A stretch of 48,103 nucleotides of DNA from Klebsormidium nitens (GCA_000708835.1 DF237591.1:1-48103), one strand, 5' to 3'; shown: positions 1 to 11,585, numbered from the stretch's first letter. Made by a program: numbers and translations. The notes: generated from the letters alone by a model not told the origin.

Positions 1-461
1 TTGCCCCTGACATTGCCGTAACCCTTTGTCAGGTCCGTCTGGACATTGAAGCTTTGAATTTGTCAGAGCCTGTGTGTAACAGCAGATAGAGTCCAGTTAG
101 CTCACTAGGCGTCTGTCCGGAAGAGGGAATCTCGGAAGGACATTCGCAGCTGGCAAGCCCAGGGGAAGAGTACCCACCCCCTGCGTTCGGAGTAGATAAG
201 ACCCTAAGTAGTTATACAGTAGACAACCATAGCTACAGGTGACAGTTATTGTCAGTCCGCATCATCCCTTCCAGTGTCTGTCGGAAGGTCAAAGGAAAGA
301 CAATTACTAGAAAGTACTCCCTGCTGGCAGCCTTACTAAAAGCCTGCAGTAGGATCCGATCGCATTTACTAGCTTGGATAAACAAGCTAAGGCAGACAGT
401 CTGCCAAAGTCCAGTCAGTGGACCATTTAGTTTGGACATCCGATTGAAACAAAAAGCATCC

Positions 462-3269
462 ATGTCCAACTCAGATTCTGAAAAAGGATACCGTCTCCGA
501 AGAGACCTTCAGAATCCTTACGCCCAAAGTTCTGCTTACAGGACCGAAGGGCCAAGGCTACCCCTTGTCCAGTGGTCCAACCGGAGGCCCAGAAGTACAC
601 GAGGTGAGACATCCACCGTCACGCAGGCCTCCACCATATCGGAAGGCCTAGACACCGCGGACTCCCAAACTACCGCCACTTTCACAATGGCGCTAAAGGA
701 GCTTGACTTGTTTAGTCAAAAGTTCACGGGAGAACCCAAATCCTCTATCACTTTGGACAACTTGCGGTCTACTTACGCCGCATGGGAAGCCACTCATAAG
801 TTGCAAACCGGTTTTGATAGGTTGACCACCACCGACAAATTCCACGTAATTATGTCTAAAACCGGTGGCGCAGCTCATGATACTTGTCTTACATTGCTAA
901 CCGAGAAGGAAGAAGAGTTAGCTAGGCACAATGAGACATTGCAATCAAATTATCTTAGGAATAAAGCAACCGCACAACAAGCCATCACGGCTTGGGATGC
1001 GCAAACGGTTGAAGAGAGGGGAACTAATGCTAGACCAACTTTACCACTTGAATCTCCTACGGTCACTAACATTTTAGGAGAACCTGTCACTGAACTTTGG
1101 GCTCGACTCTTGCAGGCGTACCCTAAGGACTCGGCGGCGAAGATTCAAGCATATGGAGATTTCAAGGTTGAAGATAATGAGTCTATTACGACAGCTAGTC
1201 AACGTATGTCTAAGTTAGCATTAGATTTAAAACAACCCCAAACGCAAGCGGCTGAGAAGCTACTCAACGCATTGCCATGGAGTATACAGTCCAAGTTAAG
1301 AACCAAGTTACAATTTCAATATGAAGATATTAGTACATGGACAGTAGAGTTAATAAGGTTTGAGGCTGAAAAGCTTGAGAAGATAATTGACCAAGAACGA
1401 TTGTTGAATCCTAAGATTATTAATAATAATAGTTCTACTGGTACCACCCATCCCAAGAATGACACTAGGCCTAAGACTAGAAGGGTTACAAGATGTACTA
1501 CTTGTGGACGATTAGGGCATTCGGCCCATAATTGTAGGGTAACTACTAATAAAGTGAGCGCCAAAGCCGCGCAAAACACTCCAATGACATTTCAACCCGG
1601 CCCTTGTTTTCGATGTGGTCAAATCGGACATCAAGCCGCACAATGCCCGAGTAAACCAATGGCCAATGGGCCCATCAATCAACGCATCCTCGGCAAGCCA
1701 TGGTGCACACATCATCGGCTTAATACTCATGACTCATCACAATGTGTTCATTTGCATCCGGAATTAGCCAACCGGCCACACAATCCAACCACTCGAAGTT
1801 CCGCCGCAACGCATAGTCGAAGGAACACTCGAGGGTTGAAAGATAGCAATCTAAAGAAAGAGCTATGGAAAGAATACGAACAACGTCATCAAATCTCAAA
1901 TGCATACTCATCTCGAGGATCAAGTCCCGCAAATTCTAAGGAGATTGCCTCCGAAAACCCTTTACCAACTCATGTCAAGAATGACCGAGCACGGGAAATT
2001 GCAAAACAAGATAAAGAAGAGAAATTTGAATTTGACATGGAACTCACCGAAAATAAGTTGCATGATCAAGCTCAAGCCAAAGCCGCAAGGCGCCAAAAGG
2101 CACAAAATAATTTGCCTACCCCAAAGCCCGCCACCGTCACTAAGAAGCGAGAACGCAAACGAGTGGAAAAGAAATATTCCCGCAGACGCACTGGAACGCA
2201 ATTTCTAAGGCGCAACCCTGACATGCCATTAAGTTTCCGACCAACTGAGGAAATTGAGAAATTCCGTTCCAATGCGAGGGGGGGAGAAGGGAGTACAATC
2301 GATTATTCTGAGAAGTCTGAAACTTTTCGATCCTTGGAAATAGCAAAAGCGGAAGCGCCGCAATTTTTATATCATATACCTAAGGACCAACTTAGAACCG
2401 ATGCCCAACGAGCAAAGGATGAGGCGGAACAACACAAACGAAGCATAAAGATGACTAAAGAACTAGAAGAATTGGATAAACTACCCCCAATCATAACAAA
2501 TAAATACCATGAAAATTATGAATATTGGAAGGACCCGGCTGACCCAAAATGGATCGGAAGTCCACGCACACCACCCGCAGATCCAAAATCAAACAGCTAC
2601 AAAAACCCTCATCCGGATTTCCAAGCTGTGCTGAAGAAGGATCCGCGTGGCTATGATTTTGGTTTTCAGTCTCTATCTCCAGAAGCACAGAGCACTGAAA
2701 GAGCCAAACTGGCAGCCATGACACCCAGACCTACTGGATCCAGTTCAACAAACCAGTCTAGTTCGGATGATGACCCGGCAGACTCCGTGACTGCCAGCCC
2801 ATCCAACCTCACTAAACAGGTGTCCAGTGCCACTGGCACTGCCTCAGCTGACCCTTCTGGAGATCCAGAGAGTCAGGAGCCTCTGCCTGACCAGCATCAG
2901 TCAGAGAGGGCAGCTCGAGCAAGCTTGGCTTGCTTATGCTCGAGCATGCACCATTGTCACCTTGACAACCTAGAAGCTGACAAACTAGCACACAAGACTC
3001 GTGACAATCCTGCATTAGGCTTGCGCGTCGACAATATTGTCGACCCACAGCCACACACTTGCCCAAACGAAGGATCTCTTCACATGGAGCATCCTTATCC
3101 ATGCCGACTAGGACAGGAACCGCCAGCCCTGCAGCCAGGCAATCTTCCACAGTCTTCCATTTTGGAAGACCATACCAATACTGCAGCCACTTTCTTGCTC
3201 AAATTGTCCACACAGGAAGCATCCCCCCCCAGCCAACAGCTTGTCCTCTCGCCCCTGCGCAGCCGTACC
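462..3269 (+). CDS. gag: Gag region with nucleocapsid zinc knuckles and a long low-complexity tail
   Basis: CTTCGRLGHSAHNC (1494-1535) and CFRCGQIGHQAAQC (1605-1646) are CX2CX4HX4C knuckles. CTHHRLNTHDSSQC (1704-1745) is a CX2HX4HX4C variant. Likely ATG at 462 within ORF 249-4160. Confidence 0.85.
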
Positions 3270-4811
3270 ATGGCATCTGAGGAGCACCAGCGGGACCCAG
3301 CTGTGGGGGGCGGGCGCCCCCAGGTTTTTGCGCAGACAGAAGGAGGGAGGCAGCCGAGCGCGCAGCCGCAGCAGACTGGCCAGCAGCAGAATGGCCAGCC
3401 GCAGCAGCATGTCCAGCGGGACCCGCCCGCGCCTAAGCCTTTCCCAGGAGGTAGGCAGCCCGGCTTAGCCGCTTTGGCCGCATCTGCATTCTATCCGCCG
3501 CTTAATGCAGAGCAGCTAGAGACTTTGGAGACTGGTTTTGGACCGCTTTACAACAGCCTGGAAGATAGACCGCTGTCAGAGTTCGGCAGCAGTTTGCCTC
3601 CCCTGTCTTTCTTCTCCGAAATCGAACAGCTGGCAGCGACAATCACGTCAGATTTGCCAAAAGACGACGACGTCCCTGAGCTAGAGGACCCAGTCGAGCC
3701 AGAAGGTGCGTGGGAGGAGGAGAACGTAGACATGTCTCAGAACCACCGCCGGTTTGTGCCAGATTTTGGCAGAGCCGAGTCTTCTTCTTCGTCGGATGGT
3801 CAGTCAGATGATCCATCCTATCAGCCGTCAGACCAGGAAACTAGTGAGGGCGAGTCTGCGGAGTCGGCAGCGGAAGAGCTGGACAGCCCAGAGACGTCAG
3901 ACCTGTCGCCTCTGGACCTCCAGGATAACCCAAACCTTTCCCCCTCGTCTGCAGACCGCGTGACCCTCCCCCAGACCGTTCCCCCATCGTCGAAAACCTG
4001 CGTCGGCTGTGCCAGCGGCAGCCCCGCTACGACCCGAACCACTCTGAAGTGGGTTCGGACAATGACATCCTGCACCCCTGGTCCTCCACCCACATCATCA
4101 ACGACCCCCAAGACTACCCCTGCTTCTGGGATGACGTCCCCGGGGACGAGCAGCGGCTGATCGGCGACGTGGTCTTCGTCGTCCAGCGCCGCGTCCCCAC
4201 CCAGGGCTCCGAGAAGCACGCTGGCAAGGTGGACCGCAAGCTCATTGCAATCCAGCGCAACTTCTTCGTCATGGGCGACCGGGAGGCCGCCCAACGCTGC
4301 GTCAGGTACATCCGGACAGCTGACCGCCTGGAGGCTGAGTTCCGGTGCCGCCGCGAGGAGAGGGAGCCTGCCCCGGCCCCCAAGCGCCCCAAGGGCGGCC
4401 TCTTCACGATCCTCAGCAGCCTCGACACCCGGATGGCCAACGTCGAGCAGCGCCTGCCGGACCTCAAGGGAGCCGGCCCCTCATCACCGCCCCAGCCCAG
4501 CCCTTCATTCGCCTAGGGCCAGCCGTAGCCGGCTGCCCCTGCGAGCCCCACGGGACTTGCCGCCCCCACGGACGGGCCGCAGTCCCCTAGGCGCAGCCCC
4601 CGCGCCACGACTACCCAGGTGGCCGCCGCCCTGGCCATGCTAGCAACGGCCCCCACCGCCGCAATCCTGCCGACGTCCACCGCGGACCGAGCCCCCGCAG
4701 TGCCGCCGCGCCAGGCTGCCTCCACGACCCCTGAACCCGGCCCCTGAACCCGGCGGGAGCACGAGCGAGCCTGACCAGCCTGCACGATCTGTCAGCGCCG
4801 CCAGCGGCAAC
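3270..4811 (+). other. GC-rich coding module of unknown function within the polyprotein
   Basis: Abrupt switch to G/C-ending codons. After the C-run frameshift it reads IVENLRRLCQRQPRYDPNHSEVGSDNDILHPW...DRLEAEFRCRRE. No recognisable family. Confidence 0.5.
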
Positions 4812-5539
4812 ATGGTAAGTCCATGCCCGGAATTACGTCAGCTGGAAGCTTCCAAAGACACTTGTTCTGAGCAAAACCCAACTGCCCACAGCGCAAAATC
4901 ATCTCGAGAACAGGATTTGGATTACACTACTACCCTCGTAGGTCCGATAACGTCAAAAACCGACAAAGAAACCCAGTTAACCACTGCCCAGGTTCGGGCT
5001 GTGGGCACTGTCTTAGACATTACGGATAGTGAAGAGTTTGAGTTTCACTGGACCTCCGCACACAACTTACCCCAGGAGTTTCTGGAGAAGTTAGAATATG
5101 GGTTGTCCGTTCTGGTTAAGTCAAAGTGGCTTTTGGAACCAGAACCAATGGTTTTTCAGTTTCTGAAACCAGAGCCAGGCACTGAACTTACTGAAATTTT
5201 TAAGAACGCCTGGCAGTCTGTAGCTCTGTTTATGCGGCTCTGTCTGGCGTCTCAATTTTTACACGCCACCGCGTCAGGCGTATACAGACATTATCAGTGG
5301 TGCGAAATTAAACAACCCAGTGCCGTCAGACACAGGGTTTACGCACCTCCGTTGGCCCTCTGTGACCTGCCCATCCAGCAGGCCACCTCAGCCCGTCAAC
5401 ACTGTAAGTCATACAGTCAATTCGTTAGTCCAGTAGGACGTCTGCGCTTAAATCAACTGGCCCTGATGGACCACGCAGACATGGCAACAGGTTTCCACCA
5501 CGCCCCTCGAATCGACAATTCTGGACCAACGCCAGCTTT

Positions 5540-5900
5540 CTTAATTAACGGCGTTGCCTTGGAATGGCTAACAATAGACACTGGCTGTGAAAGCGTAATA
5601 ATATCCAACTGGACAGCCAAAAAGCTAGGCATCGCTCCAGAAATGCGTCAACGAAAAGCAATCAGTCTTATTACAGCGGATGCTGTCACTACAGCACCCG
5701 TTGATCGTACATGGGACACAATCGAAATCGCAATTAATCGACACACGTGTGCGTCTACGACGGTCCAGGTCAAACTAACAATTGTTCCGTCGCAGACCCG
5801 GGAGACCCTCATCGGCATGAGCGTCATCGGCAGGATTGGCTTGACACCAAATCCGTACAACCAAACTTTGACCTATTATCCGAAATGGTGGGAAGAGGGA
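5540..5900 (+). CDS. Retropepsin-type aspartic protease domain
   Basis: LTIDTGCESVIIS with catalytic DTG at 5577-5585, and a downstream LIGMSVI motif. Confidence 0.85.
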
Positions 5901-6323
5901 TCCCCCACCGCGGAGCTGCCGTCCATCTTTAATGTGGACTTGGTCAATAATTGCTTGCTTGCCGCAACCAGCTCGCGCATTAACCACGTCACTCTTGCTT
6001 ACGCAGGTCGAGTGAGTGCAGCAGCCGCCCCCGGACAGCCAGCAGATATCGGGCGCAACGCCCCCAGGCCCCCGCCGCCGTTTGAACGGCTTTGTACAGG
6101 TCCTGTAGTAGCGCCGCAGTCGGCGCAGGAGGAGAGAGCAGTTCGGCTACAGTTGGAATTTAGAGACCAGCTAGCCACACAGAGTGTCATAGCTAGTTTT
6201 CAGCGGACTATCCGTAGCCTTACAGAGCAGCCGCCTCCGGCTATACTTTTGGCCTCTAGATATGGATCCCCATTGGATTCGAACTTTGTGGATATCCACG
6301 AACAAACGGCTGTAAATAGTTCA

Positions 6324-7313
6324 GGCATAGTGGTGCTAGAACTATGTTCTCGATTGTGCGCAACAACAGAAGCACTTGTTCGCAGCGGTGTAAAAATTTG
6401 CAAAGTGTATGCATGCGAAATTGACAGCCTCAGCCGTGAAGTGGCTCAACAAAGATTGACCACTCTTGTTAAGTTGTTTCCACACCTCATTACATCCGAA
6501 GCAATAGCTACATGCCACAACACACTACCACATGACGTGTCGGCTATAACCGAACAACACATAACTACACTCGAGCCAGTGGACATGGTAGTAGCCGGAT
6601 TCCCATGCCAGGGATTTTCATCCGCGGCCACTAAGCCGCTTGGATTGCGGGACACCCGCACGGCATTGTTTTACACATGCACATAAATAGTACGATTAAT
6701 ATACCGTAATCATGGTCCATGCATATGGCTCTTCGAAAACGTTGACGCAACGGATCATCGCGACCCACAAGTCGCACAAGAATATAATCATGTAGTCAAG
6801 GGAATATTAGGCCCAGGAGTGGCCTTTGATGCAGTGGCCGTAGGATCATATGCACACCGCAATAGGCGATTTTGGACTAATGGTATACCACTAGCCTTGT
6901 TGGATAACATGGTGCAGCATACATTCCAAAACCTACCCACTCAAACAGTGTGCGACATAATTGAAGAGCACCATGAAGCTCAATTAGCCGCGCATGCATC
7001 AGTCCCAGGGGATTACGCAGTGAACGAAGTCGGCAAACCGCTACGAGCTTTTGCCACATTCGTCACAGTGAAGGGATCACATGCCTACCGAGATAATGGG
7101 CACAGCTTGCTAATCAACACAGACACTGGGAACCTGGAAGAACCCAATGCAAACGAAAGGGAAGCCGCCATGGGATTCATGGTCGGCACAACTGCACATG
7201 ACGCAGTTACAGAGGCCGAACGCAGGCGAATGTTAGGAGGAACCATGGATATGTTTCAAATTAAATCCCTAATCGGAGCTATCATGGTCTTTCAGCATGC
7301 CTTCTTCTTAAAT
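6324..7313 (+). pseudogene. C5 cytosine DNA methyltransferase domain, DNMT3-like, interrupted by TAA at 6684
   Basis: Degenerate motif I (VLELCSRLC), motif II (YACEID), motif IV (VVAGFPCQGFS, catalytic Cys 6606-6608), motif VI (WLFENV, 6735-6743), motif VIII (AHRNRRFWTN, compare DNMT3 AHRARYFWGN) and a motif X-like ERRRMLG. Confidence 0.9.
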
Positions 7314-7899
7314 TGACGGCGCGCTGAGTCACAACTAGCTAAAATGAGAGACACTAGTGTGACTCGCCTAGCAATCCTGAGCAATATGCCTACAACTCAC
7401 CTCATTTCGCCCCGAGAATTATATCATTTAGCAATAATCAATCACAGGTCAATAATGTCCCACCCCGACTTCCGTAGCAGAGTGCATAGCGAACGGCCAG
7501 GTTGGTATGTTCCCTATGCAAGGGGGGGGGGAGACCAAATCCACTTCGCCAACTCTTACCTGAACACAAATTCCAATTCAGATAAGCAGATAGGCACCTC
7601 AATTAGTTTCGACCAAGCTAATTTAAGTAAAGACAGCCCTGACCATCCCCTCAGCAGACAAGAAGCCAAACTTCAACTGAGACGCGCAGGAAAGGGCAGC
7701 GAGCGCTCGCCCGGCGAGCACATAAATCACGTTAGTGGTTCTAAGGATCAGCCGAGAGACGGCAGATCAGCCGGACTCAATTCAAAGAGTCCCGGCGAGC
7801 AACCAAAGGAAGCTGCCAAGCAGACAAGTCCAACGGCAGGACCTGCAAAAGACAAAGGTTTAGTTGTTAACCCTGCAAAAACAAACGACGAGGAATGGA

Positions 7900-8700
7900 G
7901 CTGGCCTATAGGAGATTCGCTGACTGAAATACAACAAGCACAATTAACAGAGCTCCTAGACAGTTTTAAAGACATCTTTGCCTTCAACATGCAAGAGATG
8001 ACTACCATTCTTGGAGTGGAATTCGAAATTCCAGTCAGTGCCGAGACACCAATCTTCAAACATCAATACCGGTTAGCGCAGTCAGAAAAGGAAGACCTAG
8101 CGCAACAAGTGGCAGAGCGACTTAAGAATGGCCTCATCAGACCGTCAACCTCACAATGGGCTTCCCCCATTACTATGCCACCCAAGAAGGACGAAAACGG
8201 AGACTGGACGCAGCGAAGAGCTTGCGGAGACTACCGTGGCCTCAACCGGGTTAGTGTCACTGACCACTATCAAATACCAACACCAGAAGAAATATTCGAC
8301 GTCATAGGCGATGCTAAAGTGTTCACTACCCTGGATTTTCGCCAAGGATACAATCAGATACGGATTGCAGAAGAAGATCGCTGCAAGACCGCATTCTGGG
8401 GAGCAGATGGGTTGTACGAATGGTTGGTCATGCCATTTGGACTAAAGAATGCACCGGCCTTCTTTCAGAAGGTTATGGACCAAACCCTCCGCGCTGAAAG
8501 GGCTTTTTGCCGCTGCTACATTGATGATTTAATAGTGTTTAGCAGAACTTTCGAATAACACCTGGCCCACCTGAAACAAGTATTTCAACGACTCAGAGAT
8601 AGAGGAGTCAAGTGCCATCCTAAAAAGATGCGCGCCGCCGTACCCGACGTAGGATATTTGGGACACCTGATTGTCCCTAAAGGAACCGCAGTGCAGAAAA
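7900..8700 (+). pseudogene. Reverse transcriptase domain (stop at 8556)
   Basis: IRPSTSQWASP, RACGDYRGLN, FTTLDFRQGYNQI, MPFGLKNAPAFFQ, YIDD (8517-8528), GYLGH. Confidence 0.97.
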
Positions 8701-8939
8701 AGAAGGTGGAAGCAATCTTAAGAATCCCACCTCCTCCAGACGTGAGTGCACTAAGAGCCTTTCTGGGAACTGCCGGATACTACCGGAAGTTCGTAAAGAA
8801 TTACAGCAAGATAGCAAACCCACTAAATCACTTGCTGCAGGAAGGAGTATCATATGACTGGAGGACTGAATGCCAACGAGCGTTTGATGCGCTGAAGACG
8901 CATTTGACAAAAGCACCCATCCTTCGCCGGCCCGACTTC

Positions 8940-9330
8940 AAGCGCGAATTCGAGCTGCACACCGACTGGAGTGCACAGGGGCTTGGCGCAGTGCTCATCC
9001 AACGAGATGATGAGGGCAACGAGTATGTCGTTGCCTATGCCAGTCGCAGCTGTAACAAGACGGAACGCAATTACTCCAGCTACCACGGTGAGTGCCTAGC
9101 TGCGGTTTGGGCTGTTTCCCACTTCAGGTATTACTTGTACGGCCGCAAGTGTACTCTGATTACAGACCATGAACCGTTAGAATGGTTAATGACCAATGAG
9201 AAGCTAAGAGGAATGCACGCTGGCAGATGGGCTAACATTCTTCAGGAGTACGACATCTACATCAAACACAGGTCATTAGTTAACAACCTAGATGCAGATG
9301 GATTGTCTCGCAACCCGCTTCCATCAGAGG
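8940..9330 (+). CDS. RNase H domain of pol
   Basis: LHTDWS..GLGAVL, YASRS, NYSSYHGECLAAVWAV, LITDHEPL, DADGLSR. Confidence 0.93.
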
Positions 9331-10279
9331 TAGATTCTACCGGTGCCAAAATGGACCATGTCCAACCGAACGAATTGAGTGAAAAACGCACCTCAGAGCG
9401 ATCCAGTGCCACTAGAAGTCAGAACGACACTGAAGCTTCGAATAGCCTGCTGACTATTCAGAAGGAGGGGATTGCTAATGAAAGCAAGCCGCCCACAGTT
9501 GACTCGCCCAGCGTCTTAGCTACAATGCTAGCTAGAACTGTAAGTCAACAATGGACTGCTAAGTCGACTGAAAGTGGCAGCCAGGGACGACCAATCCAGA
9601 GAGAAATCTATCCTTTCCATCATGCATCCCGACATGTGCATGCAGGCTCAAAGAGCAGAGACCTGAACCAGGGAACAACAAGCCAAGTGGACTCCTATTC
9701 CGTGCTGAGACTGTCGACGGGGGACCTGCCGACTACAGGACACGTCATGAAGCAAAGGGCATGCGCTTCAAGGCAACTTCGCCCTAGGGTTACAAGTGCT
9801 GACATCTCAACCATAACACATGCCAACCAACCGCACGAAGCACAAGATTGGAATACTGCCCAAGATCTTCATGTGAATCAGAAAATTGCGATTCCATCTG
9901 GCGAATCTTCCGCGCAACCTCCTCTGCAAGTCAATTCTGCCCCAGACCAATCCCAATCAGAATTAGACTTGGTAACTGAGTCAGTTACCGGCGTCACGGG
10001 CACAGACGCAATTGAATCACACTTCCAAGGGACAGATAAAGATGGTGACCTCCTAGGTGACGACCCGGAATTGGCTCCCATTCCCGATATCTGGTCTGAC
10101 CACAACACAATACAATATCTGCAGGATAATTGTGTCTACCCAAGCCATGCAGGCCCCAAGGAACGGGACCGGATACGGTGACGGGCACGAAGCTATAAGT
10201 TTGAGAACAATGCTCTCATGAAGCTGACCAACGATGGCATCTTAAAACGAGTGCCGGCGCCTGACGCCAGGGCAGCATT

Positions 10280-11160
10280 AGTGGCTGATATTCATAAGCA
10301 ATTCGGTCACTTCGGAAAAAAAAGAACTTACTCCTTGTTAGAACCCACACACTGGTGGGCAGGAATGCACGAACAAATTGCGCAATTAGTGGCTAGCTGT
10401 CAAGTATGTGACCGCGTAAAAACCAGTTTCAACATCAAGGACTCAGTACTCAAGCCCCTTCCAATCATGGGCTTAGGGTACCGATGGAGTTGCGACCTAG
10501 CAGGGCCGCTTCCCCCATCAGCAACTGGATATCATTACATCATGGTAATGATAGAACACTTCTCAAAGTGGTTGGAGCTAGTTCCACTCCCCGACAATAC
10601 CTCTGAGGAAACATAAAAGGCTTTCCTTCAGGTCTGCACCAATTTTGGTGCGCCCGCGGAAGTACTTACTGATCAAAGACAAGAATTCCAAGGAGAATTT
10701 GACACCTTATGTAAGGAACTTCTCATCGATCACCGTGAAACTTCACGCGATCACCCTCAAGCCGACGGCCTCGCTGAACGCGCGGTTCAGACCACTAAGC
10801 GAGCCGTACGAAAGTACGTATTAACACATGCAGTTGATACCTGGGATGAGTGGATCCCTTGGATTGCCATGGGGTACCGCATGTCAAAGCAAACGTCGTT
10901 AGGAGACTACTCACCTTACTTCCTAATGTTTGGCAGACATCCCGTGGTAGGAGCAACCCTCCGAGAAATGGTCAACACACCTGTCGACCTGGATAACCCT
11001 GACGTGTGGGAGGAAATCATTACAGCACGTTCAGAGGAGTTTAAAAAGGCTATCCCTATAGCCTTCAGCAACCTGCAAGCAGCGCAACACCGGGACACTT
11101 TATGGTACGCCAAAACACGTACTGGCAATTGGAGCCCTAAAGTTAAGAGGTTTGACTTGT
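10280..11160 (+). pseudogene. DDE integrase with HHCC zinc-binding domain (stop at 10614)
   Basis: IHKQFGHFG...CQVC. Catalytic triad in WSCDLAGP, VLTDQ and HPQADGLAERAV. PYFLMFGRHP follows. Confidence 0.95.
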
Positions 11161-11386
11161 AGGAGACTTGGTCTACCTGCGTCGCAGACAAGTTGACACA
11201 CTCGATGTCAATGTAGGCCGCATCATCCTGAGAATTAAGGAGATCCTACCTAATGGAGCGCTCAGATTGCAGGGCAGAGATGGCAAAACGGTTAAGGATC
11301 ACGTTGAGAATTGTGCTCCGTGTCACAATCCAGCCATAGACCTCACCATGGACACCACACTTTCCGGATACGATGAGGACTGGGCT

Positions 11387-11523
11387 TGTCAAATTTGCAA
11401 GAAGACAAACCGACCTGCCAAAATGCTTATTTGTGACTACTGTAGCGAAGGCTACCACATGGACTGTCTGGACCCACCTATCCTGAGACTCCCAAAGGGA
11501 GATTGGTTTTGCCCATGCGGTGC
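11387..11523 (+). CDS. PHD finger at the C-terminus of integrase
   Basis: CQICKKTNRPAKMLICDYCSEGYHMDCLDPPILRLPKGDWFCP(R)C matches the C4HC3 pattern. The last Cys pair reads CPC as sequenced, or CPRC followed by AL-stop (11530-11532) if a small frameshift is assumed. Confidence 0.9.
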
Positions 11524-11585
11524 GCTTTATAAGCTCCAAGCAAAAGGGGCAAAGTCTAACCTGTGTTTTCACTCATGCAGGAAGC

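Larger units (their letters stand above)
462..11532 (+). pseudogene. pol: Disrupted single gag-pol polyprotein (~3,700 codons when reconstructed)
   Basis: ORFs starting at 249, 4812, 6819, 7344, 8628, 10218 and 10869 share one frame, and the gaps from 4812 onward read through as conserved sequence. Lesions: 1-nt loss in the C-run 3981-3985, TAG 4514 and 4526, 13-bp duplication 4728-4754, stops at 6684, 7314, 8556, 10179 and 10614, frameshifts near 11158 and probably 11516. Confidence 0.85.

Noticed and set aside
1-461. 5' LTR or primer-binding site of the retrotransposon
   Set aside because: No match to the 154-bp repeat or the inter-repeat sequence was seen, and no convincing tRNA-complementary PBS. 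The 5' end probably lies upstream of the window.
3821-4294. 157-aa antisense ORF in the GC-rich module
   Set aside because: Typical shadow ORF of high-GC3 coding on the opposite strand, with no recognisable motifs.
4812-4820. ATG 4812 as an independent pol start, or GTAAGT as a splice donor
   Set aside because: The 13-bp duplication just upstream explains the frame break more simply. No acceptor evidence.
6324-7313. Bacterial restriction-modification methylase or prophage contamination
   Set aside because: It is in frame with Gypsy PR and RT, has a DNMT3-like motif VIII, and the flanking genes are spliced eukaryotic genes.
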